A stretch of DNA of 50,659 nucleotides, taken from NCBI GenBank assembly GCA_046754105.1, contig JBHHVD010000008.1, positions 1 through 50,659 of the forward strand, in the 5' to 3' direction. Position numbers and translations under genes: made by a program. Under the pieces are notes generated by a model. The model saw nothing but the letters and a program-made list of their open reading frames with translations. It ran no database searches and was not told the origin of the DNA. This stretch comes from Candidatus Krumholzibacteriia bacterium. GTDB taxonomy: Bacteria > Krumholzibacteriota > Krumholzibacteriia > WVZY01. Numbering within the stretch: the stretch's first letter is position 1; each line of letters begins with the position of its first letter. This document shows, piece after piece, positions 1 to 8,978 of this stretch.

Positions 1-146
1 GCCGCGGCGATACCGAGGGGAGGTGTCGCAAGCCGCGATTTGACCCCCTTTCTTTTTCTTCGACCGGCTCGAAGACGAGGTGCGCGCCCCGGCCGTGAAC
101 ACGTGATAGAGCCGAAGCCTAACCGGTAGCCGATACGTCCACCCGA

Positions 147-1541
147 TCAACCGATGCGAAGATCGGCGTCGGTCAGCCGGTTAAGGACTCGCACGACCAG
201 CGGGTCCTTGATCTCACGCTCTTCGTCGTCGGCCTTTATCTGCGCGTTCACCATCGCCCGGACGAGAGGGTCGCGTAGCCAGCGCGGTCCGAGACCGACC
301 GGGGGCTTGCCAACGAACCACAGATCGGTCCACTCGCTCTTGCGATCCGCGAACATGTCGGCGACAGAGTGGGCGGCAAGGTTGGCGATCGCCACGCCGT
401 GACCGTTGTATCCGTACGCGTAGGCCACGCGCCGGACGCCGCTGCCGAACCAGCCTACGCAAGGCAGGAAGTTGCCGGTCACACCCACCGGACCTCCCCA
501 GCGGTGTTCGAAGGCGACCTCGCCTAGCTGGGGGAAAAACCACTCGAAGCTCTCCCGCATCCTCGAAAACACGCGCTCGTCGCGGTCGTAGCTGGCCTTT
601 GGGCCGTCGGGGTGGAACACCGGGTCGCGACCGCCCCAGAGAATGCGCCCGTCTACGGTAGGCCGGAAGTAGTGGAGCCCGACGCGGCGGTCCTCGGCGC
701 CCTCGCGCCCTTCCCATCCCACGCTGCGCCATTCGGCGTCGCTGAGCGGACGGGTCAGGCAGATGTAGCTGTAGAAAGGAAGAATCGATCCGCGCGTCGG
801 CTTCCAGGCCGTCGAGTACGCGTTGCCGGCCAGGAGCACGCGATCGGCGGTAACGGTCGCACCGGGTACGCGGACCAGCACGCGGTCGGAACGCTCCTCC
901 CAGGACCCCACGGGAGTGCCCTCATAGACAATCGCCCCCTTGTCCATGACCACCTTTTTGAGGCCGCGGGCGAGTCGCGCAGGGTTGACGAGCGTGCAGG
1001 CCTCTTCGCGAAAGCCGCAACGTATCTTATCCGAGTGGATTCGTTCACGTGCGGCCTCCTTGTCCAGGTATCGGATCTTCGAACCCATACCCAGGCGCTC
1101 AGCGGTGGCCACTTCGTTTTCGATGATACGGTCCTGAGGCTCGCCGTTGGAGAGGGTGAGGAGTCCGTTGGCCTGTACGTCGCAGGCGATCGACTCTTTC
1201 TCTATCGTGGCATTGAGGTGTTCCACCGCCTGCTCGGCGGCCAGGTAGATCTTCCTGGCTTCCTCGTCGCCAACGAAGTCCGCGAGATGGCTGAGCGTGC
1301 GGTGCACCAGGGTCATCGCAAAGCCGCCGTTACGGCCCGACGCACCGTACCCGATCGCGCTGGCCTCGAGCAGGGCTACGCGCAGGCCGGGGTTTTCGGA
1401 GAGCATCAGGTAGGCTGCCCATAGGCTGGTGAACCCGCCTCCAATCATGGCGACGTCTACCGTGATGTCCTCGCTCAGCGGTGGCTCGGGTCTGTATTCG
1501 TCGAGGCTGAGCCAGTAGCTTCGGGTCTGAAGATCATCCAT
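147..1541 (-). CDS. FAD-dependent oxidoreductase, DAO/PuuB-OrdL (amine/amino-acid oxidase) family
   Basis: N-terminal 'RSYW', FAD motif IGGGFTSLW, 'GYGASGRNGG', C-terminal 'GYNGHGVA'; 38 bp downstream of the molybdopterin gene on the same strand. Confidence 0.85.
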   Translation of the reverse strand: MDDLQTRSYWLSLDEYRPEPPLSEDITVDVAMIGGGFTSLWAAYLMLSENPGLRVALLEASAIGYGASGRNGGFAMTLVHRTLSHLADFVGDEEARKIYLAAEQAVEHLNATIEKESIACDVQANGLLTLSNGEPQDRIIENEVATAERLGMGSKIRYLDKEAARERIHSDKIRCGFREEACTLVNPARLARGLKKVVMDKGAIVYEGTPVGSWEERSDRVLVRVPGATVTADRVLLAGNAYSTAWKPTRGSILPFYSYICLTRPLSDAEWRSVGWEGREGAEDRRVGLHYFRPTVDGRILWGGRDPVFHPDGPKASYDRDERVFSRMRESFEWFFPQLGEVAFEHRWGGPVGVTGNFLPCVGWFGSGVRRVAYAYGYNGHGVAIANLAAHSVADMFADRKSEWTDLWFVGKPPVGLGPRWLRDPLVRAMVNAQIKADDEEREIKDPLVVRVLNRLTDADLRIG

Positions 1542-1579
1542 CGTTTTTCCCCTCGCTTTCGCTTCCCCGAACCGGCGGT

Positions 1580-3760
1580 CTATTGCCGCGCCAGTCCGGT
1601 TACCTCGACCGGGATGCCGTTGAAGTCTGCGCAGCCCGAGAACCGGTCAACGCGCCGGTCATCGGAGATGTCGTTGAAACTCACGCCGGGTTTCTTGCTC
1701 GCCACGGCCAGCTCGGTCCCCTCGCGGTGGTGTCCCCAACCATGGGGAAGGCTCACCACCCCGGCCATCATCTCGGAGCTCAGCGTGACCACCGCCTCGA
1801 CAGCTGCGGTCGAGGAGCGAATCTCGACGACCTGACCGTCCTCGATTCCCCGGCGTCCCGCGTCTTGTGGGTTGATCAGAAGCGTACAGCGATCTCTCCC
1901 ACCCTGGAGGACGCCACAGTTATGCATCCAGGAATTCGCGCTCCGCAGATCTCTGCGTCCGATCAGTCGCAGTGAACCCTCGGCTGCGACCTCCCCGGCA
2001 CCGGCATCGGCGCAGAGAAAGTCCATTTTTATGCGCTCGACCTCCGCCAGCATCTGGGCGGGTACTAGGTGGACGCGACTATCAGAGGTCTGGAGCAGAC
2101 CCGGCAAAGCCGACCTGAGCGCGCCTAGGTCCACGCCACCGGGATTGGCGCGAAGCTTTTTCAGCGTCAGCCCCGAGGCCCAGGGTTTCCAGCCCGGACC
2201 GTGGGGGCCAAAGCGCATCGCGAAGCTCAGCACCCGGCGCGGATCAAAGAGCGATTCGCGCTTGAGCAGGGTCGAGAACAGGCGCGGCCCTGGTCCGCCT
2301 CTCTCCAGAATTCTTCGGGCAAGCCCCAGCAGTATCTGCCAATCGTGACGGGCGTCGGCCCGTGGCAAAACCGCCGCGCCCCCGTATCGAGCGGTGTTTC
2401 TCACTGCCATCGCGTACTGAACCATGGAGTAGTGTTCGCGTTCCAATCCCACTGTGGGCGGCAGTAGGATGTCAGCGTGCCTGGTGGTTTCGTTCAAGTA
2501 AACATCGATGGCTACCATGAAATCGAGCTTGGGCAAGGCCGCTTCCAAACGTCCGCCGTTCGGAAATGAAAGCACCGGGTTCCCCGCGTGGGTCACCAGA
2601 GCGCGGACCCGTCCCTCTCCTTCGGTTTCCATTTCCTCGGCCAGTGCAGCCGCCGGCAGCTCGCCGCTGAACTCAGGAAATCCGCTTACGCGGCTCTTGT
2701 AGCGACCGAAGCTACCGGTCTGGCCGAGTCGAGCCGCCACCGCGGCAAGATCGACGGCCGGGTTGGAGAACATCGCGCCACCTGGTCTGTCAAGGTTTCC
2801 GGTGACGATATTCAAACAGTCCACCGCCCAGGTCGCCAGGGTCCCAAAGCCCTGGGTCGAAGTGCCCATTCTTCCGTAGCACACAGCCGTCGGCGCCGAG
2901 GCGAAATCACGGGCCAGGCCGACGATCGTTCCGGCCGATATTCCCGTCGCGCCGCTGACCTCCTCGGGCTTGAAGGGCTCCACCAATTCCCGCAATTGGT
3001 CTATTCCGTAGAGGTAGTCGGCGACTTTCTCGGAGCGGAAAAGGCCCTGTGCAAAGATCGTACGCAGCATGGCCAGTACCAGCAGGGCGTCGGAACCCGG
3101 CTTGATGAAGTGGTGTCGGTCCGCCAGCGCGGCGGTTTCACTGCGCCGCGGATCGATGAGGACGATGCGTCCGCCGCGGGCACCTATGGCTTTGAGGCGA
3201 CGCTCGCAGCCTGGGCTGGTCATCACACTGCCATTGGAGACCACCGGGTTGGCACCGAGAATCAGCAGGAAAGACGCTCGATCGAGATCCGGAACTGGCA
3301 ACAGCGCTTGCGATCCGTACAGCAAGTACGAGGTCAAGAGGCGTGGCAGTGCGTCGACAGAATTGGACGTGTAGTAGTTGCGCGTACCCAGGGCCTCCAA
3401 AAAGACGACCGAAGAGAGAACGGCGCTGTAGCTATGTAGAGTCGGAGTTCCGAAGTAGGCAGCCACCGAGTCATGACCGTGTCGTTGCCGCAGCCCGCAG
3501 AGCCGCTCAGCGACTTCGTCGAGGGCTTCGTCCCAGGAAACCTCGTGCCAGACCTCCCCGATCCTGCGTAGTGGCTGTCGCTTGAGGTCCGGGTCCTCGT
3601 GGAGGTCTCTTAGGCCGACGGCCTTTGGGCAGATGTGCCCCTTGCTAAGCGGATCCTCGGGATCGCCCCGAACCTTGAGGATTTGGTCGCCATCGGTATC
3701 AACGAGGATTCCGCAACTGGCTTCGCAGAGCGAGCAAACAGCGGCAACCGTGGTCTTCAT
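1580..3760 (-). CDS. Molybdopterin-dependent oxidoreductase (DMSO reductase superfamily, uncharacterised cytoplasmic subfamily)
   Basis: N-terminal Fe4S4 motif CSLCEASCG...GHICPK, 'GANPVVSNGS', 'TGNLDRPGG', 'NETTRHADILLP', C-terminal 'GVVSLPHGWG'; no Tat signal. Confidence 0.9.
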   Translation of the reverse strand: MKTTVAAVCSLCEASCGILVDTDGDQILKVRGDPEDPLSKGHICPKAVGLRDLHEDPDLKRQPLRRIGEVWHEVSWDEALDEVAERLCGLRQRHGHDSVAAYFGTPTLHSYSAVLSSVVFLEALGTRNYYTSNSVDALPRLLTSYLLYGSQALLPVPDLDRASFLLILGANPVVSNGSVMTSPGCERRLKAIGARGGRIVLIDPRRSETAALADRHHFIKPGSDALLVLAMLRTIFAQGLFRSEKVADYLYGIDQLRELVEPFKPEEVSGATGISAGTIVGLARDFASAPTAVCYGRMGTSTQGFGTLATWAVDCLNIVTGNLDRPGGAMFSNPAVDLAAVAARLGQTGSFGRYKSRVSGFPEFSGELPAAALAEEMETEGEGRVRALVTHAGNPVLSFPNGGRLEAALPKLDFMVAIDVYLNETTRHADILLPPTVGLEREHYSMVQYAMAVRNTARYGGAAVLPRADARHDWQILLGLARRILERGGPGPRLFSTLLKRESLFDPRRVLSFAMRFGPHGPGWKPWASGLTLKKLRANPGGVDLGALRSALPGLLQTSDSRVHLVPAQMLAEVERIKMDFLCADAGAGEVAAEGSLRLIGRRDLRSANSWMHNCGVLQGGRDRCTLLINPQDAGRRGIEDGQVVEIRSSTAAVEAVVTLSSEMMAGVVSLPHGWGHHREGTELAVASKKPGVSFNDISDDRRVDRFSGCADFNGIPVEVTGLARQ

Positions 3761-3828
3761 ACGGACATCCCTCTGGCACCTCGCTCATGGCCAGCGTCGC
3801 CATGCCAAAACGCTCGATGGGCTAGTAT

Positions 3829-3848
3829 TTATTATACGCGTATGTTAA
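3829..3848. promoter_or_regulatory. Palindromic operator candidate between the divergent molybdopterin oxidoreductase and TetR genes
   Basis: TTATTATACGCGTATGTTAA matches its reverse complement at 16/20 positions, is AT-rich in a GC-rich context and contains TATAAT on the minus strand. Confidence 0.55.
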
Positions 3849-4558
3849 AGTCAAGACCCGTTTGTTTGAACGGCAGGAAGCTGCAGAAAAACAAAGACAT
3901 AGGCCTGAGCGGCAAGCGCCCCGCCGGGCGCCCCAGACGAACCCGCGAGCACGAGGAGGCCTTTCGACGACGCCTGGTCGCGGCCGCGAGAGAGCTTTTC
4001 GTCGAAGAGGGCTTCGAGAGCGTTTCCATGCGTCGCATCGCCGCCAGAGCCGGATGCGCCCCGATGACCATCTACCAGTACTTCGCCAACAAACGGGCGG
4101 TGCTTAGGCACATCTGGGGAGACATCTTCGACGAGGTCCTGGGCCGCTGCACGGCGGCGGTCGAGCGCGCCGCCGGCGCACCGGAAAAACTGCGCGCCTT
4201 CGCCCGTTGTTTCGTTGCCTACTGGCTAGAGCACCCGGATCACTACCGCGTGATCTACCTCAACGAAGACGCGGTGGAGGAAAGCCTCGAGCGCTACTTC
4301 GTCGAGAGCGCCGACCTGGTCCGGCGCTTCTCCATCGTCGAGAGCCTCGTTCGAGAGGCCATGGCCGATGGGGATTTCCGGAGCGGTGATCCCGCACTGG
4401 TCACCCAAACGCTGATCTGCCTGCTCCACGGACTGGCGCACAGTCTGATAACCGTTCCAGAATACCCCTGGCAGCCGCGTGAGCGGGTGGTCGACGCCAG
4501 TCTCGACGCCGTGTTCCGGGGCTTCGCGTCCGCGACCAGCACAGACGAGCCCGCCTGA
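3842..4558 (+). CDS. TetR/AcrR family transcriptional regulator (start uncertain)
   Basis: HTH 'RLVAAARELFVEEGFESVSMRRIAARAGCAPMTIYQYFANK'; the ORF-track start at 3635 overlaps the neighbouring gene, so ATG 3842 or a later start is likely. Confidence 0.9.
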   Translation: MLKSRPVCLNGRKLQKNKDIGLSGKRPAGRPRRTREHEEAFRRRLVAAARELFVEEGFESVSMRRIAARAGCAPMTIYQYFANKRAVLRHIWGDIFDEVLGRCTAAVERAAGAPEKLRAFARCFVAYWLEHPDHYRVIYLNEDAVEESLERYFVESADLVRRFSIVESLVREAMADGDFRSGDPALVTQTLICLLHGLAHSLITVPEYPWQPRERVVDASLDAVFRGFASATSTDEPA

Positions 4559-4564
4559 GGCCGC

Positions 4565-5299
4565 TCAGGCCCCGAGCCGCATCCCGAGTCCACAGGCCAT
4601 CAGGGCCAAGCCAGCGAGCGCGTGCGAGTATCGCTCGAGGCGACCGAGCCTCGCGGCCGACAGTCCGTAGTAACCCGTGACCACCGTCGCGAGCATCGTC
4701 GCAAGCGTGCAGGCGGAAAAAACCGCCGTGATCATCACCAACCCCCCCCAGCTCCTTTCGGCCGCGGGGTACATCAGTATGGGAATCAGAGGTTCACAGG
4801 GCCCGAACAGAAAGACGGTAAACAGCATCCAGGGGGTGATGCTGCGCTCGGGCGTGGCCAGGTCCGGCGCGAACTCGTCGCTGTGAACCTGGAGGTGCTC
4901 ACCGTCGTGGGTATGCTCGTGGCGGTGTCGGGTGCCGTCGACGTGGGTATGCCAGTGCGTATGTGGCTGCTTGCGGATCGCCCGCCTCAGGCCCCAGATC
5001 GTGTAGGCCAGACCGAAACCGAGCAACAACCACGCGGCCAGCTCGCCCCTCGTCCCCTCGAAGCGGTTCAAGCTGCCCACACTCCAACCGGCGAGTATCC
5101 CGGCAAGGCCAAGCACCACGGAACTCGCTACGTGGGCCGATCCACAGGCAAGGGTGACGTAGATCGTCTTGGCGATGGACCAGCGCCGCGCCCGCGCCAT
5201 GGCGATGAAAGGGAGATAGTGATCGGGGCCCAGGAGCGTGTGCAAGGTCCCGATAGTAGCCGCTGTCGCGGCCAGCACGGCCAAGGGCGAAGCGATCAA
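4565..5299 (-). CDS. His-rich Ni/Co transporter-like membrane protein (UreH/RcnA/NiCoT-like; such proteins are often auto-annotated TauE/SafE)
   Basis: 'HTLLGPDHY' metal-transporter signature, about 6 hydrophobic helices, loop HTHWHTHVDGTRHRHEHTHDGEH, 'GPCEP'; TTG start at 5299 preceded by GAGGGA. Confidence 0.7.
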   Translation of the reverse strand: MIASPLAVLAATAATIGTLHTLLGPDHYLPFIAMARARRWSIAKTIYVTLACGSAHVASSVVLGLAGILAGWSVGSLNRFEGTRGELAAWLLLGFGLAYTIWGLRRAIRKQPHTHWHTHVDGTRHRHEHTHDGEHLQVHSDEFAPDLATPERSITPWMLFTVFLFGPCEPLIPILMYPAAERSWGGLVMITAVFSACTLATMLATVVTGYYGLSAARLGRLERYSHALAGLALMACGLGMRLGA

Positions 5300-5630
5300 T
5301 GCTTCCCTCAGTCGAAACCCGGCGGGGGCTCGCGTGATAACTCGGGCGGCCCCCAATACTCTCGTCGCTGAATCTTCACTGCTCCATATTCCCTAAACCG
5401 CGCTGCCACGCCGCGACGCTCTAGCTTAACGGCAGGACCATAATCAAACCAGCCCAGGCCGCTCGGCGGAATTCTCAACAAGCCCGTCCGTCGATGGCCT
5501 TGCCTTAGGTCGGTGATTCGCCCAAGAATGTAGTCGTCGAAACGTTTATCTCGTTCGACATTTTCTAGCGTTACGCGCTGCATGCCGCCTCGGGTCGTTA
5601 TGAAAAGACCTACAAATACCAGGAGCTGGC

Positions 5631-6455
5631 ATGTTCGTCGGCGGCTGTGATCTCGGATCGGCCACGGCCAAAGCCGTTGTACTGAACCAAGACTCGATCG
5701 TCTCCCATTTTATCACCCCCTCAACGACCAGGCCCGAAGAGACGGCGCGTGTGGCGATGAACGAAGCCATCGAGATGGCCGGGCTGTCCTCCCTCGATGA
5801 CCTCGGTTACGTCATCGGCACGGGCTACGGGCGTCTCAAGGTACCTTTCGCCAACGAGAACGTCTCGGAAATCACCTGTCATGCCCGTGGCGCGCACTGG
5901 CTCAGTCCTACGCTAAGAACCGTCGTCGACATCGGCGGCCAGGACTGTAAGGTCATATCCATCGACGAGAGTGGCAGGGTCATCGAGTTCGTGATGAACG
6001 ACCGCTGTGCCGCCGGCACGGGAAGATTCTTCGAGGCAATGGCCAGGACTCTCGACTGCGGCCTGGACGGCATTTCGGCTCTCTCTGCCCAGGGCACCAG
6101 CGCGGCGACCATCACCAGTCAGTGCAGCGTGTTCGCCGAGTCGGAAGTCATTACGCTCATCAACGAAGGCGTCGAGCTGCCCAACATCGTCGCTGGAATC
6201 AACAACGCGGTGGCCAATCGCGTCTACTCGATGATACGCAGGGTGGGCCTCTGCGAAGACCTGGCACTTACCGGGGGGTGTTCGAAGAACGCGGGACTGG
6301 CCAAGGCCCTGCAAGAAAAGCTCGGCGTCGAGGTGAAGCCGCTGCCGCTGGATCCCCAGGTCGCTGGTGCCATTGGCGCCGCGCTCATCGCCAAGGAAAA
6401 GCTGCAACAGTCGGCTGGAACTCCGCGGCAAGACGAACGAACGGAGCGGTTGTGA
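5631..6455 (+). CDS. ATP-dependent [4Fe-4S] activase (HgdC/BcrAD/BadFG 'archerase' family)
   Basis: ASKHA motifs DLGSATAK, TGYGR, SEITCHARG, DIGGQDCK; cluster Cys in NDRCAAGTG and QCSVFAESE; AGGAG RBS. Confidence 0.93.
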   Translation: MFVGGCDLGSATAKAVVLNQDSIVSHFITPSTTRPEETARVAMNEAIEMAGLSSLDDLGYVIGTGYGRLKVPFANENVSEITCHARGAHWLSPTLRTVVDIGGQDCKVISIDESGRVIEFVMNDRCAAGTGRFFEAMARTLDCGLDGISALSAQGTSAATITSQCSVFAESEVITLINEGVELPNIVAGINNAVANRVYSMIRRVGLCEDLALTGGCSKNAGLAKALQEKLGVEVKPLPLDPQVAGAIGAALIAKEKLQQSAGTPRQDERTERL

Positions 6456-7597
6456 ACACCCATCTGGAATCAGAGGCGTTACGAGAATTTTTCCAAGTAG
6501 CCGGGGGCATCTCCAATTCGGCGGTTGAGCAGTGGAAGGACGGCGGAGGCAAGGTGGTGGGCTACTTCTGCTCGCACGTTCCTACCGAGCTGCTGACGGC
6601 GGCCGGAATTCTCCCCTTCCGCATGCGAGGCACCGGCAGTACCGGGACCGAGCTATCCGACGCCTTCTTCAGCAGCATCAACTGCAGTTTCCCACGTCAC
6701 TGCTTCAACCTCGCGCTTCAGGGAGACTACGACTTTCTCGACGGTCTCGTCTGCATCAACAGTTGCGATCACCTACGCCGAATCTACGACAACTGGAAAC
6801 GCAACGTCGACACTCCCTTCCTTACGATCATGAGCCTCCCAAAGAAAGTTACGGACGCCCAGGTCGAGTGGTACTACGAAGAGATCAACATACTGAAAAG
6901 AAACATCGAACAACACTTCGACGTGCAGATCTCCACCGAACGTCTTCGAAAGGCGATCAAAGTTCACAACGCGACGCGCCAGCTCCAGCGTCGACTCTAC
7001 GCGCTCCGAAAACACGAAAACCCGCCCATCTCGGGGGCACAAACCCTTGCCGTCATGGTCGCTGGCACCGCCATGCCCGCCGGGCGCTACAACCCACTCC
7101 TCGAAACCTTGCTCGACGAACTCGAACTCTCCGAAACCAAACCCGACTACCGGGCACGACTGATGATCGTCGGAAGCGAGTTGGACGATCCGGAATACGT
7201 CGACGTAATCGAAAAGCAGGGGGGGCTCGTCGTCACCGACTCGATCTGCTTCGGAACCAGGACGATGTGGGTCGACGCCGAGGCGGAAGAAGAAGACCCG
7301 ATTTGGGCGCTGGCCCGGTACTATATCCAGGAGCGCCCCTCCTGCCCGAGGATGAACGGTGACCAGCCGCGCAGGGCTAAATTTCTCAAGGACATGATCA
7401 AGGAATTCTCGGTCGACGGAGTCATTGGCGAACGCATGATGTTCTGCGACTTCTGGTGCGCCGAGCACTACATGAACAAACTCGACTTTAAGGAAGCCGG
7501 CGTCCCCTTCATACAAATCGATCGTGAGTACGTCTCGAGCGGTACGGGACAACTTAGAACCAGGATCCAGGCCTTCCTCGAAACCATCGGTAGGTAG
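6452..7597 (+). CDS. HAD/class I BCR family subunit (BcrC/HgdB-like) with six-Cys double-cubane-type pattern
   Basis: GTG 6452 overlaps the activase stop (GTGA); motifs GYFCSHVPTE, NCSF, NSCDHLRR, DSICFG, PSCPR, MFCDF, GQLRTRIQAFLE. Confidence 0.9.
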   Translation: MNTHLESEALREFFQVAGGISNSAVEQWKDGGGKVVGYFCSHVPTELLTAAGILPFRMRGTGSTGTELSDAFFSSINCSFPRHCFNLALQGDYDFLDGLVCINSCDHLRRIYDNWKRNVDTPFLTIMSLPKKVTDAQVEWYYEEINILKRNIEQHFDVQISTERLRKAIKVHNATRQLQRRLYALRKHENPPISGAQTLAVMVAGTAMPAGRYNPLLETLLDELELSETKPDYRARLMIVGSELDDPEYVDVIEKQGGLVVTDSICFGTRTMWVDAEAEEEDPIWALARYYIQERPSCPRMNGDQPRRAKFLKDMIKEFSVDGVIGERMMFCDFWCAEHYMNKLDFKEAGVPFIQIDREYVSSGTGQLRTRIQAFLETIGR

Positions 7598-7599
7598 CA

Positions 7600-8910
7600 A
7601 TGGACAGGGCAGAGGCAAAAGCCAGATCTCTGGCGCGCTACCAGCAAGAGCACGACTGGTTCGCGTTCCTCTACGAGGCAGTCGACCAGATCGAGGCCCC
7701 GGAAATGCTACTCCAGGCCAAGCTGATCAAGATACTGTTGGATTCGAAAACGGAAATCGTCGACTGTGTAACAAACAACAAACCGTTTATCGGCGCCTAC
7801 TACTGCACCGCTCCGGAACTGTTCAACGCCATGGACCTCCCCTGGTTCATGATCATGGAAACCCCCTTCCTCGGAGCCTCCGCCCCCTATCTCCTCGATG
7901 ACCTCCAGGGAGCAGAAGAACTCGGCCTCGGAACCGATCTCTGTACGGCCATCCGGCTGCCCATGTACTATATAGAGTCGGGTCTCATGCCGGTACCAAC
8001 GGCGATCGTGGGCCTGCTGTCGCCCTGCGATGGAACAACGATGCTTCAGCAGGTCCTTCAACACAACAGGGCCTGGAAAGATGTTCCTCTGTTCAGCCCC
8101 GATCCACCCTATACTTCCGACGAGCGGGCGATCAACTACTTTGCCAACGAGCTGCGGCAGATGGCCTCCTTTCTCGAGGAGCACACCCAGCGGAAGCTCG
8201 ACCTCGATCGGCTCCGTGAGGTATGCGAGGAGTCGAACAAGGTCTACTCCCTGTGGCAGGAATACAACGAGCTTAGGCGTGCAGTGCCCTGCCCTCACGG
8301 CTGGGAAATAGGGGGCGCACAGGCCTTTGCCATCAGCCAGTGTTTCGTCGCCGGCGACCCCAAGTGCACCGCTTGGTTCAGGCAGCTCGTGGAAGTCGGC
8401 GAGGACCGCGTGAGGGAGGGCAAGAGTGCCCGTGACGGCCTCGAAGAAAGGATCCGACTGCTCTGGTTCGACATCATGCCTTACGGGTGGATCTTCGAGT
8501 TCATGCCTTGGTTGGAGGAGGAGTGGGGCGCCGTCCTGGTCATGGATATGTTCAGCAACTTTCCTTACACGCTGATCGATACCTCGAGCGAGGAGACCAT
8601 CCTCCACGATCTCGCCAAACGTAATCTGATGGACGTGCCGATGGTCCGCCAGGCTCGCGGAACCGCGGAGAACTTCTCCTCGGACATCGTTCGCATCGTA
8701 AGGGACTACAAGATCGACTGCGTAATCTGGCCTGGACACATGGGCCACAAAGATGGCGCGGCGACAGCGGGAATCATGCGAGAGACCTGCCGTGACATAG
8801 GCGTGCCGTTCCTGCACATCGGCCTCGATCTTTTCGACCAGCGCTATACCTCCGTCGACGAGGTGAAAAACAAGGTTTCGCAGTTCTTCACGGCGATGGG
8901 GCTGGGTTGA
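7600..8910 (+). CDS. HAD/class I BCR family subunit (BcrB/HgdA-like)
   Basis: APELF, DLCT, SPCDG, LDLDRLRE, YKIDCVIWPGHMGHK, GVPFL; starts 2 nt after the previous stop. Confidence 0.88.
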   Translation: MDRAEAKARSLARYQQEHDWFAFLYEAVDQIEAPEMLLQAKLIKILLDSKTEIVDCVTNNKPFIGAYYCTAPELFNAMDLPWFMIMETPFLGASAPYLLDDLQGAEELGLGTDLCTAIRLPMYYIESGLMPVPTAIVGLLSPCDGTTMLQQVLQHNRAWKDVPLFSPDPPYTSDERAINYFANELRQMASFLEEHTQRKLDLDRLREVCEESNKVYSLWQEYNELRRAVPCPHGWEIGGAQAFAISQCFVAGDPKCTAWFRQLVEVGEDRVREGKSARDGLEERIRLLWFDIMPYGWIFEFMPWLEEEWGAVLVMDMFSNFPYTLIDTSSEETILHDLAKRNLMDVPMVRQARGTAENFSSDIVRIVRDYKIDCVIWPGHMGHKDGAATAGIMRETCRDIGVPFLHIGLDLFDQRYTSVDEVKNKVSQFFTAMGLG

Positions 8911-8978
8911 TGGAACGGGCAGATAGATCGTCGTCTGGTTCTTTACGATGGTAGCCACGGCTTTTGACGGTAACGCTC

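Noticed and set aside
6122..6451. Long N-terminal extensions in the ORF track (also at 10172, 30123, 39883, 3635)
   Set aside because: They overlap upstream genes or are low-complexity; family homology begins at the downstream starts given, most of which have an RBS or stop-start coupling.
7708..8958. Long antisense/shadow ORFs (e.g. 7708-8958, 36857-37843, 40879-41919)
   Set aside because: They lie opposite well-supported genes and are expected from high-GC codon bias; no family motifs.
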